Assembly: GCA_965205485.1 (NCBI GenBank)
Contig: OZ242180.1
Coordinates: forward strand, 4,096,001 to 4,160,000
Direction of reading: 5' to 3'
Length of the DNA stretch: 64,000 bases
Origin: Candidatus Latescibacterota bacterium
Lineage (GTDB): Bacteria > Latescibacterota > UBA2968 > GCA-2709665
Part shown: positions 9,326 to 19,364 of the stretch, one piece after another
Position numbering within the stretch: position 1 is the first letter of the stretch
Layout of the letters: each line of letters begins with the position of its first letter
Notes under the pieces: generated by a model
Told to the model about the DNA's origin: nothing
The model's database searches: none
Seen by the model: the letters and a program-made list of their open reading frames with translations, nothing else
Made by a program: the position numbers and the translations under genes

Positions 9326-12300
9326 TTACCAACCTCTTCCACGCGTTTGTCCTCCGCCGCTCCGGCTGCCGCCCCCTCGCCCCCCGCGGTCGCCGCCCCG
9401 ACGGCCCCGACCGAAGTTCCACGTCGGAAGATCTTCTTCATATACCTCTTCCGGGTGGTCGGGATCTACGTACCTCCAGCGCACCGCATCGGCATAGAGG
9501 CGCCCGTTTGCCCGGTCGGACAGTTCGACACGGGCCAGCTCACCTCCCTCGAAACGGTACCGACCCATCACGTTCCAGCCGCCCTTGAGCTTGTCCGCTT
9601 CGACCGCCAGTGTATCCACCTCGCCGCCGTGGCCCACCGCCAGACTGAATTCCGTGGCCATACGCAGACGCCTGGCGAACCGGGGTTGAACGAAATAATA
9701 GTAGACGTCGTAATCCCCGCTGTGCGGCAAGCGGGCCGTCCAGACCGCCGGTTGCGCGCCGTCGCCGGGTTTCTTCCACCTGTAGTTGGTTTCATACCGG
9801 CCGAAAGAAAATGGCATCTGTCGTTCCTGCCAGTTGTCCCCTTTCAACTGCGGTCGGAGATAACGCCGCACCCTCCGGACCGGCATTTCGAAGCCTTCGT
9901 CGTCATTGTCCACGATGATCTCGGTCAATCCCGTCTCGTCTGGGGCGACCTCTCTCACGTAGGTCGTGGCGGAACCGTCCATCGGCTGCTCGGGTATGCG
10001 CAGCGGCGCCATCAGGACGCGGCGGTTTCGTGCAAAAAACGGCTCGACGCTGATTCTCGAAGGCCGTTCCCAAAGGATCAAGCCCACCTCCACTTCCTGC
10101 CCGCCTTCTATCTCAACGCCCTTCAACGCCTCGTCCTCGCTCCCCATCGCTCGAATCTGGACGAATCCGCGCCCCGGCTCTCCGTTTCGGATCCGCACGA
10201 CGACCTGATACACCATCATCCCCCACCCATCGTCCACTTTGTACGCCTTTGCCCTGGTGAGCGTATATCCCGGTACCTGGGTGCCGTGCAGCCAGTCTCT
10301 GACGAGGCGATGCAGGTTGGGTCGTTCCGCCCGGCTGGAGGAATCTCCGACAGCCGCACGTTCGAACGACTCGAAGTTGACTGCCGCGTGCCGGTTTGAC
10401 TCCTCGAATCCGCTGACCACGTCTCTGAACGTTTCGTCACCCACCACGGCCTGCATCATCCCGAACATGGAGGCGCCCTTGGCGTCGACGACCGCCCGGT
10501 AGAGTTCCGCGTCGGCATCCGGATCCAGCTCAGCAAAGGAACGCTGACGCATCTTTGACGTTACCGTATCCCACGAGACGCCTCGCGCGCCCCTGTTGCG
10601 CCGGAAAAGACCCCGGAACCTGCCCCGCCGCGAATACAGGCTTTGCTGCAGGCTGGTCTCGAGATGTTGTTGAATATGGACGGGCATTCCGCGCTTGAGC
10701 AGGGAGTAGTGTTCGCCTTCGAAGCCCTGGTTGAAGGACCAGAGGTGCGCCACCGGACTCCGGTAGATGCCGCTCTGAGACGATTCCCGCGCAAGAAACG
10801 TGCGCAGAACCGCGCTGACCAGCAGATCCCGCTTGATCCTCGCGGGGTCGTCGTTTCGTCGCCGCCGCCGCTGCATCCATTTCAGGCGCCGCTGCAGATT
10901 GAGCCGCATCAGCACGTCCTCTTCCAGCATCAGCACGCCCGGCTGCACGAGTCCACCGGCTTCCTCCCATCCGTCGTAATACCATTGTACCTGGAATGGC
11001 ACTTCCACAACCGACAGGCGTTCGTAGGGATAGGCCAGGCCGGTTTCCTGTTCAACGCTGTCCAGGATTTCGCCCAGCGTTTCGAGGGCGTCGTCCCTGG
11101 CGTCTTCGAAGAAGGTGACCTGTCTGGCATGGGCCGGATGAACGTAAACGGCGCATTGGATATTATGGATTTCGGCCTGGAAGACACGGTAGACGCCGGC
11201 GTTGAGCGAGAAAAAAGGTACAGGGCTTCGCGCCTTCCACGAATGGACCTCCCGATCGCCCTCCGCCTTCCGGCTGACCGGCATCCCCTGGGTTATAACC
11301 TCAAGTCCCGCGGGAAGAGAGATATCCAGATCCGCGGTGGCGAAGGACACGGGTCTGCCATCCTCGTGTCCGTAGTCAACGCCCGGCGAAGGATACCACC
11401 TGCTGCGGGGTGGGAGGAATACGGAATTCCCGCGAATCCAGGCGGTCAGATCGCCCTTTCTGCCCGGCCCCGCGCGCCGCTTCTGCAGACGCCTCGCATC
11501 CGGATGGCGCTTCAGATCGAATCCGCTGAGGTCAATCGAACCGTCGTATACGAACGCCAGCGTCGCCGTGCTGTCAGGCTGGAGCGTTCGGGCGACCCGC
11601 ACGACGGCGGTTTCTCGCCGCCAGTTCACAGCAGCGTCCACTCCGTTTTGCACATTCACGGATCGCAGTCTCAAACCCGGGTTGAGACTGAAAACCAGCG
11701 TGTCGAGCGGAACGGAATGAGGGTTGGAAACGCGCAAAACCGCAGTGCCCCGAAGGGGCGTCCGGTCTGACGCAAGGTCCAGGTCGAGCGTGTAATGCGT
11801 TACCGCCACGGTTGGCTGTCCGGCGTATCTCTCATGAACTTCCAGCTGCGCTGTCCTGTATGCGATGTCCGAGGCGTCGCTGTTTTCAATATACAGGTAG
11901 AGGCCCAGCGCGGCGACGAAACCACCGGCAGTCATACACCGGCCGAACCTGCGCCAGGCCCGGGACTGAGGCAGCCGCGGATACCGGTCGATTGACAATC
12001 CGAAGAAAAACAGGGCAAGCAAGGTGTAGAAGAACCGGAGTTCCACGACGCGCCGAATATCGCCGAGACCGAGCATATCCGAGTAGAACACCGGGGCGAA
12101 GAATGCGCCGAAGTCGTAGACGCCGCCGTATCGGCGTCCGAGGAACAGGAGGACGATCAGCACGTACGCGATGGTCAGCACGGTCACCGCGGCCTGCCGG
12201 CGCAGCACCGCCCCGAGGAAAAACGTAAGGGCGGACATGTAAATCAGCCCCGGCAGGTTCAGCAGAAGCAGGTACGTCAGATAGGGTCGAATCGTAAACG

Positions 12301-12724
12301 GGGCGCCCGTAATGCTGATTTTGGCCGCCTGCACGCCAAGGCTGAGTACCAGCACGATCAGGCTCAGCGTTATCAGGGCGCCCAGTACCCCCAGGTATTT
12401 GCCCATGACCAGTTCGGCGGTAGACAGCGGCCGCGCCGCAACCACCTCGTAGATTCCCGCACGTTCATCCGCCGCCCTGAAATCTCCCACAATAAACGCG
12501 ATCACCACGGTCTGGAGGAGACTGTAGACGAAAAAGGGCATATAGGCGCCGATTCCGCTCACAGATTCGAACTCGACGCCTCTGGATTCGGCGATCGCCA
12601 CGCCGATACCCAGGACAACGGGAATGAGCACGCCGATACCGCCCAGGATGCGAAACCGGATCGTACGCATCAGCATTTTGCGCTCGTATCTGGCTACAGA
12701 CAATATGGTGAAGACCGTATTCAT
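9326..12724 (-). CDS. ABC-2-type permease fused to an M1-aminopeptidase-like domain (no HEXXH seen), a golvesin/xanthan-lyase C-terminal-like domain and an RG-rich tail
   Basis: N-terminal VARYERKML plus ~7 hydrophobic segments and ARPLSTAELVMGK. HYTLDLDL, FSLNPGL and YPYERLSVVEVP are M1-like. IIVDNDD...GWNVMGRYRF...LYADAVRW is golvesin-like. ATG 12724 overlaps the ATPase stop (ATGA). Confidence 0.8.
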   Translation of the reverse strand: MNTVFTILSVARYERKMLMRTIRFRILGGIGVLIPVVLGIGVAIAESRGVEFESVSGIGAYMPFFVYSLLQTVVIAFIVGDFRAADERAGIYEVVAARPLSTAELVMGKYLGVLGALITLSLIVLVLSLGVQAAKISITGAPFTIRPYLTYLLLLNLPGLIYMSALTFFLGAVLRRQAAVTVLTIAYVLIVLLFLGRRYGGVYDFGAFFAPVFYSDMLGLGDIRRVVELRFFYTLLALFFFGLSIDRYPRLPQSRAWRRFGRCMTAGGFVAALGLYLYIENSDASDIAYRTAQLEVHERYAGQPTVAVTHYTLDLDLASDRTPLRGTAVLRVSNPHSVPLDTLVFSLNPGLRLRSVNVQNGVDAAVNWRRETAVVRVARTLQPDSTATLAFVYDGSIDLSGFDLKRHPDARRLQKRRAGPGRKGDLTAWIRGNSVFLPPRSRWYPSPGVDYGHEDGRPVSFATADLDISLPAGLEVITQGMPVSRKAEGDREVHSWKARSPVPFFSLNAGVYRVFQAEIHNIQCAVYVHPAHARQVTFFEDARDDALETLGEILDSVEQETGLAYPYERLSVVEVPFQVQWYYDGWEEAGGLVQPGVLMLEEDVLMRLNLQRRLKWMQRRRRRNDDPARIKRDLLVSAVLRTFLARESSQSGIYRSPVAHLWSFNQGFEGEHYSLLKRGMPVHIQQHLETSLQQSLYSRRGRFRGLFRRNRGARGVSWDTVTSKMRQRSFAELDPDADAELYRAVVDAKGASMFGMMQAVVGDETFRDVVSGFEESNRHAAVNFESFERAAVGDSSSRAERPNLHRLVRDWLHGTQVPGYTLTRAKAYKVDDGWGMMVYQVVVRIRNGEPGRGFVQIRAMGSEDEALKGVEIEGGQEVEVGLILWERPSRISVEPFFARNRRVLMAPLRIPEQPMDGSATTYVREVAPDETGLTEIIVDNDDEGFEMPVRRVRRYLRPQLKGDNWQERQMPFSFGRYETNYRWKKPGDGAQPAVWTARLPHSGDYDVYYYFVQPRFARRLRMATEFSLAVGHGGEVDTLAVEADKLKGGWNVMGRYRFEGGELARVELSDRANGRLYADAVRWRYVDPDHPEEVYEEDLPTWNFGRGRRGGDRGGRGGGSRSGGGQTRGRGW

Positions 12725-13626
12725 GATCCTTGCACCCCTGCGTCCCGTTCCGGATTCTCCATACCCATGAAATACACGTACGCGTCTTCGAGGTTCGGCG
12801 GAACCGGTTCGGAGTTTGCCGGCGGCTGGCCATCGCCCACAAATCTGAGGTCCATCAGGCCGCCGTCCACCGAGATCGTCACGACCAGAAACTTCCGGGA
12901 TATCGATTCGAACTCGGCGTCGTCCGCCTGCAGGCGCCACGTCTTTCCATCGGCGCGATCGACCAGTGCCCCGGGCGATCCCCTGTAGACGATCCGTCCT
13001 GCATTCAACACCGCCAGATCATCGCAGGTACTTGAAATATCGCCCACGATGTGTGTCGAAATCAGGATGGCCCGGTCTCGACTCAATTGGGCAAGGATTC
13101 CCCTGAAACGAATGCGTTCTTCCGGATCGAGTCCCACGGTGGGCTCATCCACAACCAGGATTTCCGGATCGCCCACAATGGCCTGTGCAATCCCGAGGCG
13201 CCGCATCATCCCCCCGGAAAATGTGCCGGTCCGGCGGTCCCGCACGTCGTAGAGCCCCACGTTCTCCAGCGCATCGCGCACGCGCCCTTTTCTGCCGTTC
13301 CGTCGCCGTCCGGCCGCCAGCCGGTCCATATAGTCCAGAAACTCCCACGCCGTCAGCTGTGGATACGAACCGAAGTGCTGGGGAAGATATCCCAGACTGC
13401 GACGAACTTCGGAGCGATTCCGCTGCAGGTCCCACGCTCCCACGCTTACATGGCCGGACGTTGGCGCCATCTGAGTTGAGAGAATCTTGATGAGCGTGGT
13501 TTTTCCCGCGCCGTTCGGTCCAAGCAGCCCGAAGGTCCCCTTGCCGATCTCGAGGTCCACGTTGTCCAGAGCGGGCACGGTCCCCTTTGGATAGATTTTC
13601 GTCAATCCGGTCGCAACGATACGCAT
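12721..13626 (-). CDS. ABC transporter ATP-binding protein (ABC-2/CcmA-like)
   Basis: [24 protein letters not shown]. Start moved to ATG 13626 because the upstream extension runs through the MITE. Confidence 0.95.
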   Translation of the reverse strand: MRIVATGLTKIYPKGTVPALDNVDLEIGKGTFGLLGPNGAGKTTLIKILSTQMAPTSGHVSVGAWDLQRNRSEVRRSLGYLPQHFGSYPQLTAWEFLDYMDRLAAGRRRNGRKGRVRDALENVGLYDVRDRRTGTFSGGMMRRLGIAQAIVGDPEILVVDEPTVGLDPEERIRFRGILAQLSRDRAILISTHIVGDISSTCDDLAVLNAGRIVYRGSPGALVDRADGKTWRLQADDAEFESISRKFLVVTISVDGGLMDLRFVGDGQPPANSEPVPPNLEDAYVYFMGMENPERDAGVQGS

Positions 13627-13639
13627 TGCCAGCCCCTTG

Positions 13640-13826
13640 GAAGTTGTTTTAAAATTACCGGCGAGTTCCCGAGCGCGAGCGAAAAAGTGGCGGTCAAGGG
13701 GGAAAATCCGCCCAATTTTAATGTATCGTGGCTGCGCGCCCCTCGCCACTCTTGGGTGGATTTGACCAACGCCGACCGGCGCTTTTGCAGCCGTGCGAAG
13801 ACCGCTGGCAATTTTCAAACAGCCCC
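13640..13826. mobile_element. MITE copy 2 (187 bp, inverted relative to copy 1)
   Basis: Ends GAAGTTGTTTTAAAATT / AATTTTCAAACAGCCCC, flanks TTG/TTA, long near-identical internal stretches to the reverse complement of copy 1. Confidence 0.8.
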
Positions 13827-13943
13827 TTATCCGTGTTCCGGGGGAAAACCGTACACTGTGCATTAGACCGGTCAGCGGCGAAGATCGTTCCGCAAGGATT
13901 CGCTGGGGATGCGTGGGGAACCGCCCATTTGCGGCCGATGCAT

Positions 13944-15191
13944 TCAGGGGTTGTCCGATTCCGTTGACGAGACGCGACCCACGCGCCGTCCGGCTGTCAG
14001 TTCCACCTTGACGTGGCGCGCATCCAGCTCGGGCATTGCGGGGCACGGCAACACGTGCACCGTTTCCTTCGGCACCGCCTGAGAGACGATTTCCGGGAAC
14101 GCCGCGGCGGTTTCCGGCGAACTGACATAGGCAAACGCCAGACAGATTTCTCTCCGTGTAAGTGACAGCCGTTCCAGGACGGTTGCCAGCTGTTCCGCAA
14201 CCAGTTCCGCCTCCCGGCGCGGGTCCGTGCCGCCGGGCGCCCGCAGCTCGCCCACCTGGATCAATTCCCAGCCCTGGGCGCGGCAGCGGCGAATCCTCAA
14301 GGCGCCGTCATCCGGGATTTCCGAAGGAATCCGCGTCTCCGAGTGCCGCACCTCGTTATCGTTGTCGGGCAGGACTCCCATGACCTGTATTTCCGCGTAC
14401 AGGCGGGGCGGATCGCCGAAACACCGGCTGTCCGACATCATCACCACGGGTCGCGGACGACCTGACCAGCGCCGGTTGACTTCCTTACGGATGAGGCGCG
14501 CGATCCTCGTACAGTGGGCGAACGGACGGAGACGCACGACGTCGCTCAACGAGCCGCCCCCCTCCTCGAAAACGTCCTGGATGAGGTCGAACACGTGCCG
14601 GATCTGGCGTTCCGGTTGTCCTTCGAACAGCGGATTGATGCCGTCGTCCCATGCCACTACGCCCGACAGATGGATCTGGCGGGCGCCGCCGAAGCGCGTC
14701 ACGACCGCGGGGGCAAGCGCCATGAATTCGGTATCGTACAATGACTCCGGACGCCAGATGGCCTGCTGGAACGCCGCGCCGGGTCTTGGCACATAACCCA
14801 CTGCCTGGATACACGTGGAGAGGCGGGTCCTCGAATGCGCCCAGCCAAGCGTCGTGATCGCGGCGCGATACCCGCGGCTGAACCGGGCCCGCCGTTCACC
14901 GCGCATGTGGGTGCCGTCGTACCGCTTGTTGTGCAGAACCGTCCATTCGGCGAAGGAATCAAAACCCCCGCCAGACACGGTGGCGACCTCCGTCATCGTG
15001 TCGCAGAGCGCCACATTCTGGGATTCGGACCATTCGTCGCGCAATGCCTCGCCCGCTGCCTCCGACCATGTTGAGCCCTGGACGCCGTGGTCGGGCAGCT
15101 GCAAACCCAGTTGATTGAGATCGATACGCACGGCGTCGCCCCAATCCGTGTGCCGGACCCGCATGTGTCGCCGTACGTCCGGGTGAGACAT
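13944..15191 (-). CDS. RidA/YjgF-superfamily multi-domain protein
   Basis: Central IHLSGVV...QIRHVFDLI...GGGSLSDVVRLRPF...AEIQVMG unit; AAGGAG RBS before ATG 15191. Confidence 0.6.
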   Translation of the reverse strand: MSHPDVRRHMRVRHTDWGDAVRIDLNQLGLQLPDHGVQGSTWSEAAGEALRDEWSESQNVALCDTMTEVATVSGGGFDSFAEWTVLHNKRYDGTHMRGERRARFSRGYRAAITTLGWAHSRTRLSTCIQAVGYVPRPGAAFQQAIWRPESLYDTEFMALAPAVVTRFGGARQIHLSGVVAWDDGINPLFEGQPERQIRHVFDLIQDVFEEGGGSLSDVVRLRPFAHCTRIARLIRKEVNRRWSGRPRPVVMMSDSRCFGDPPRLYAEIQVMGVLPDNDNEVRHSETRIPSEIPDDGALRIRRCRAQGWELIQVGELRAPGGTDPRREAELVAEQLATVLERLSLTRREICLAFAYVSSPETAAAFPEIVSQAVPKETVHVLPCPAMPELDARHVKVELTAGRRVGRVSSTESDNP

Positions 15192-15265
15192 CAGTGAACT
15201 CTCCTTGTGCCGGCACCCTTCGTGCGCAGCCGGAAAGACCGTGAACCGACGGGATCGGTGAAGGC

Positions 15266-16603
15266 TCAACTCCAGGGGAACGGACTGTTGGATACCGGAT
15301 GGAGCCTTCCCTCGGCATAGCGGGAAAAGCGGAACGGCGCCAGCAGACGCGTGGACTCGCCGAGGAGTTCCTCGGCCACCAGCCCGCCCACGCCGATCAT
15401 CTTGTATCCGTGATTCGAGTCCGCAATGAAGTAGCAGTTCTGGTGAAACCGGTCGAATACCGGGAAACTGTCGGGTGTAAACGCGCCGATGCCTCCGGAC
15501 GGCTCTTTCTTGAAGAGCGATGACTTTCCTTCAAACCGCTTGTGACAGAATGCCAGTGCGGAACACCACTGGTGTGCGAACCGGTCTCCGACGATGAAAT
15601 CGGGGGACTCCGGACCATAGGGATCCACCGCCACCTCGTCCGGCGGTCGTTCCACCCTGTAAGGCATCGCCCCCCCTTGTACACCCCCGAAGTGGAAATC
15701 GGGCTTGTAATAAATGCCCCACAAACGATCGGTAATCAGCGAACCGTCGACGTCCGAATACAGCGGCGCATCGGTGTCGAGATGAATCACAGGGGGCATG
15801 CTGCCGTCGTTGGTCTTGAGATAGTTGGGGTCGACGCCCAGCGTACCTTCCTGCAAACACCAGTAACTCCACATCGGGATATCGTGGTGCATCGTCCCGT
15901 CCGGACTCTTTATGCTCACCGACGCGGGCAGACCCAGCATATCCCAAAGCAGCTTCGCCCAAGGGCCCGCTGCGATAACGACCTCGTCCGTCCGGATCAC
16001 GCCGCGATCCGTTTCCACCGCCGAGACAGCCCCTCCGTCGAACCGGAATCCGGTGACCGTGACGCCTTCCAGAATCCTGACGCCCTCGTCTTTGGCCTTG
16101 TCGGCCAGGCCCGCCATCGACGCGCGATTGTTGGCGTACCCCCCTCGTTTTTCGTGAAGAACGGATGTGATTCCCTTCGCCTGCCAGTCGTGAAACAGGC
16201 GCCGCATATACTTCATGCAGTCTGCATCGCCTTCTATAAACTCCGATTCGTAACCGATCTCGCGCTGCTGTTGTGCGATGTTGGCGACGTCCTCATGCAT
16301 GGACTCGGGGCTGATCTGCATGTAGCCGACGGGATGGTAGCTGAACGCCTCCGGATCGGTCTCCCACAAATCGACGCTGTGCGCCATCAGTTCGCGCATG
16401 GCCGGCTGGAAGTAGTTATTGCGGATGACGCCGCAGGCGATGCCGGAAGCGCCCGCAGCCACGCCCTTCTTGTCCACGATCAGCACCTCGGTTCCGGCAA
16501 CGCCCCGCCGCCTCTTCAGCTCCTTCGCCAGGTGATAGCCGGTACTCAGACCGTGAACGCCGGCGCCGATAATCAGATATGGCGTATGTTCGGGTATGCG
16601 CAT
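15266..16603 (-). CDS. FAD-dependent oxidoreductase, DAO family (sarcosine oxidase beta / N-methylglutamate dehydrogenase MgdA-like)
   Basis: IIGAGVHGLST dinucleotide fold; GASGIACGVIRNNYFQPAMRELM; FTPDSFP; SNHGYKM. Confidence 0.8.
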   Translation of the reverse strand: MRIPEHTPYLIIGAGVHGLSTGYHLAKELKRRRGVAGTEVLIVDKKGVAAGASGIACGVIRNNYFQPAMRELMAHSVDLWETDPEAFSYHPVGYMQISPESMHEDVANIAQQQREIGYESEFIEGDADCMKYMRRLFHDWQAKGITSVLHEKRGGYANNRASMAGLADKAKDEGVRILEGVTVTGFRFDGGAVSAVETDRGVIRTDEVVIAAGPWAKLLWDMLGLPASVSIKSPDGTMHHDIPMWSYWCLQEGTLGVDPNYLKTNDGSMPPVIHLDTDAPLYSDVDGSLITDRLWGIYYKPDFHFGGVQGGAMPYRVERPPDEVAVDPYGPESPDFIVGDRFAHQWCSALAFCHKRFEGKSSLFKKEPSGGIGAFTPDSFPVFDRFHQNCYFIADSNHGYKMIGVGGLVAEELLGESTRLLAPFRFSRYAEGRLHPVSNSPFPWS

Positions 16604-16647
16604 GGTTGCCTCATATCTACAACGCCTGCGTTCACGCGTCTAAAACG

Positions 16648-18248
16648 CTAGTATTCCATCCCGGTGTAAAATTCCTCCTCCACCCGGGCCGCCACGACCG
16701 TCAATTCCGGTTTGGCCAGCCAGGCCTCTCCGGTCCGCCGCATTTCCTCCAGTGTCGTCACGGTCACCCCCCTTGCGCCGAAGCCTTCAGCCACCCTCGC
16801 CCAATCCACCGGTAGGAATTCCACGCCGCGATACGGGATGTTACGCATGGCCTGGGCGACCTTGACAATGGCCAGGGACCGGTCGCACATCACCACGAGC
16901 AACGGCCGCAGCCCCAGCCTGCGCGCGGTTTCCAGTTCCTGGACCATCATCGCGAAACCGGCGTCGCCGAACACGCCCGCCACAGGCTGATCTGGCCGCA
17001 GGAGCGACGCCGCCAGCGCCGACGGCAGACCGTAACCCATTGCGGAAAGGCCGTTCGACGTCAGGAACCTCCCCGGCGAGCGCGGCCGCCAGACCTGCGA
17101 AACCAGCATCTTGTGCGCGCCGACGTCGACAGAAAGAATGGTTTCCGCGGGTAGCGTTTCGCGTATTTCACGGATCAGATGAAATGGCGATAGTCCAATT
17201 TTACCGGCTTCCTCATCGGTACGGATCGCGTCCGCGACGCCGCGCCTGGCGTTGCGGATTTCGGCGGCCTTCCACAGCGGGCGCGCCTTGTATCGCGTCA
17301 ACAAGCGATCCAGCAAGACTGTTAGGTCGCCCACGCACTCGGAAGCCGGCCTGAAGTCGCCAAAGGCAATTGAGCAGTTGGCCAGAGCGTAAACCGGCTG
17401 GCGAAGATGCCAGTCCTGCGCCGATTCCACCGGATCGAAACCCACGCCCAGGATACAATCGCTCCGCCTGATCAGATCCACGAGAACGGCGTCACCCGCG
17501 GCCGATGCGACCGTGCCCAGATAGCCCGGTCCGAACTCATCGGGAATTCCCTTTGCTTGCGGAAGCACGACATAGGGAATCTTGGACTCGGAAAAGAACC
17601 GGCGCACCGCGGCCGAATCCCGACGGGCGTCAAGTGCGATGCCGACCACGCCGACCGGACGTTCAGCCCTGTTCAGCGCCGCCGCTATCCCGTCGAGACT
17701 GCCGCTGCACGCGCGAGTCGGGTCGGGCGTCGACGCGCCCTCGCCGGGCGCCGCGTCGGCCACGGCGACGTCATTCGGTATCGAGAGGTATACCGGACCG
17801 GCGGGCGCCGCGGTCGAAACCTTCAAGGCGGACCGCACGGTCGCCTGTATACCTCTCCTCTCCAGGGGGACGGACCATTTGCAGACGGGATCGAACAGTT
17901 CATTGAGAGGCAGATTCTGCTTCTGGCTCGCCCCGGATCGGGATACCAGGCTGCGCGCGGATATGGCCAGTATCGGGTCTCTGTCGAGATACGCGGCGCC
18001 AACGCCCAGCACCAGATTGCAGGCGCCCGGGCCAAGCGTCGCCAGGCAGACGCCGGGCGTCCGCGTGAGACGCCCGACCGCGCTGGCCATGAAGGCGGCG
18101 GCGGCCTCGTGGCCTGTCAGTATGAACCGGATTCCGGACTTCTCCAGCGCGTCGATCAGGTCCACAACCTCGCCGCCGGGGTGGCCGAATACGTACCTTA
18201 CCCCGCTTCGTGCAGGGACTCCGCGACAGCAGCCGCACAGGATTGCAT
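16648..18248 (-). pseudogene. ThDP-dependent enzyme (acetolactate synthase large subunit-like) with a 1-nt frameshift near the 5' end (real or sequencing error)
   Basis: HEAAAAFMA, TLGPGACN, SNGLSAMGYGLP, GDAGF. The N-terminus MQSCAAAVAESLHEAG (ATG 18248) joins VRYVFGHPGGEV only if the G4 run at 18201-18204 is G5. Confidence 0.75.
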
Positions 18249-18263
18249 GGACTCGAGGGCTCC

Positions 18264-19331
18264 TCAGAGCTTATCGACGAACTCCTGATTGTGACGCCTG
18301 AGCGTGGCATCGCTGCCCAGCGCATAGTGCCTGGACATATCCGGAGAGTACTTGCTGGCAGGCGGCCGCCGACCCAACGCTTCCGCGATCGACCTGACGT
18401 GATGCGGCCCGGCTCCGCAGCAGACGCCGAGGTACCGGACTCCCATTTCGAACGCTGTACGCGCAAACGCGGCCATTTCGTACCTGTGGCAGGTAAACGG
18501 ATCCAGCGCCGTGGGAAAGGAACGTCCCCCGGGCGGGGCCGGGGCGCCCGTTTCCCCCAGCGACTGAAACGTCGGTTGTTCATCCGTTGTGCGATACGGC
18601 ACCGGCAGTGCCGCCACGTGGCAGGACACCGAATGCCGTATTCGTTCAACGTCGGGCAGCATCGTCCGCGGTCCCCTGGTGCAATTCACCCCCACGACGT
18701 CGACGCCTGCCTGTTCAAGGCGTCTTGCGGCCTCTTCCAGCATGACGCCATCCCTCAATCCTTTTTCTCGATGGTGGGCGAAGGTGACGACAGCCGGCAA
18801 GCCGGCGCGTCTGATAGACGCCAGCGCCAGCGCGGCCTCGCCGAAGAAGGAAAATGTCTCCGCGATCATGAAATCGACGTTCGCCTCAGCCGCCCAGGCC
18901 ACCTGCTCGTCGAACATCGTCGCAACCTGCGCATCCGTTGCGCGATCGGCCGGATCCCAAATGTTGGTATTGCAGATGTTGCCGGCCACGAGCGGGCGTT
19001 CTCCGTCCACGGATCCGGCAACCGATTGCGCAATGGTCAATGCGCTTTTCTGCAGGGGTTCCAGAAGATGTTCACGTCCAATGAGACGCATCTTTTCACG
19101 GTGCCCGTAATACGTAAACGCTTCGATCACGTCGGTGCCGGCGCGCCAGAATTCAAGATGCAGCCCGGCCACGACCTCGGGATGCTCGAGCACGACTTCC
19201 GGCACGTACGGGCCCGCCTGCAGATACCCCCGGCGCTCAAGTTCGAACAGGTAGCCCTCTGCGCATATCACCGCGTCTTCGTCAAGGCGCTCCAACAGGC
19301 CCCGGGGGGTTGCCGACTCATCTGCTTTCAT
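18264..19331 (-). CDS. Betaine--homocysteine S-methyltransferase family protein
   Basis: CAEGYLFELERRGYLQAGPYVPE; FTYYGHREK; Zn ligands in GVNCTRGP and GVCCG. Confidence 0.88.
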   Translation of the reverse strand: MKADESATPRGLLERLDEDAVICAEGYLFELERRGYLQAGPYVPEVVLEHPEVVAGLHLEFWRAGTDVIEAFTYYGHREKMRLIGREHLLEPLQKSALTIAQSVAGSVDGERPLVAGNICNTNIWDPADRATDAQVATMFDEQVAWAAEANVDFMIAETFSFFGEAALALASIRRAGLPAVVTFAHHREKGLRDGVMLEEAARRLEQAGVDVVGVNCTRGPRTMLPDVERIRHSVSCHVAALPVPYRTTDEQPTFQSLGETGAPAPPGGRSFPTALDPFTCHRYEMAAFARTAFEMGVRYLGVCCGAGPHHVRSIAEALGRRPPASKYSPDMSRHYALGSDATLRRHNQEFVDKL

Positions 19332-19364
19332 CAGAATCGTTCCTTCGGTTTTCCCGACTGATTA

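Noticed and set aside
13627..14046. N-terminal extension of the ABC ATPase in the ORF track, and the similar 7702-7749 extension of RND1
   Set aside because: Chance open frames through the MITE and the upstream gene end; the domains begin at ATG 13626 and ATG 7701.
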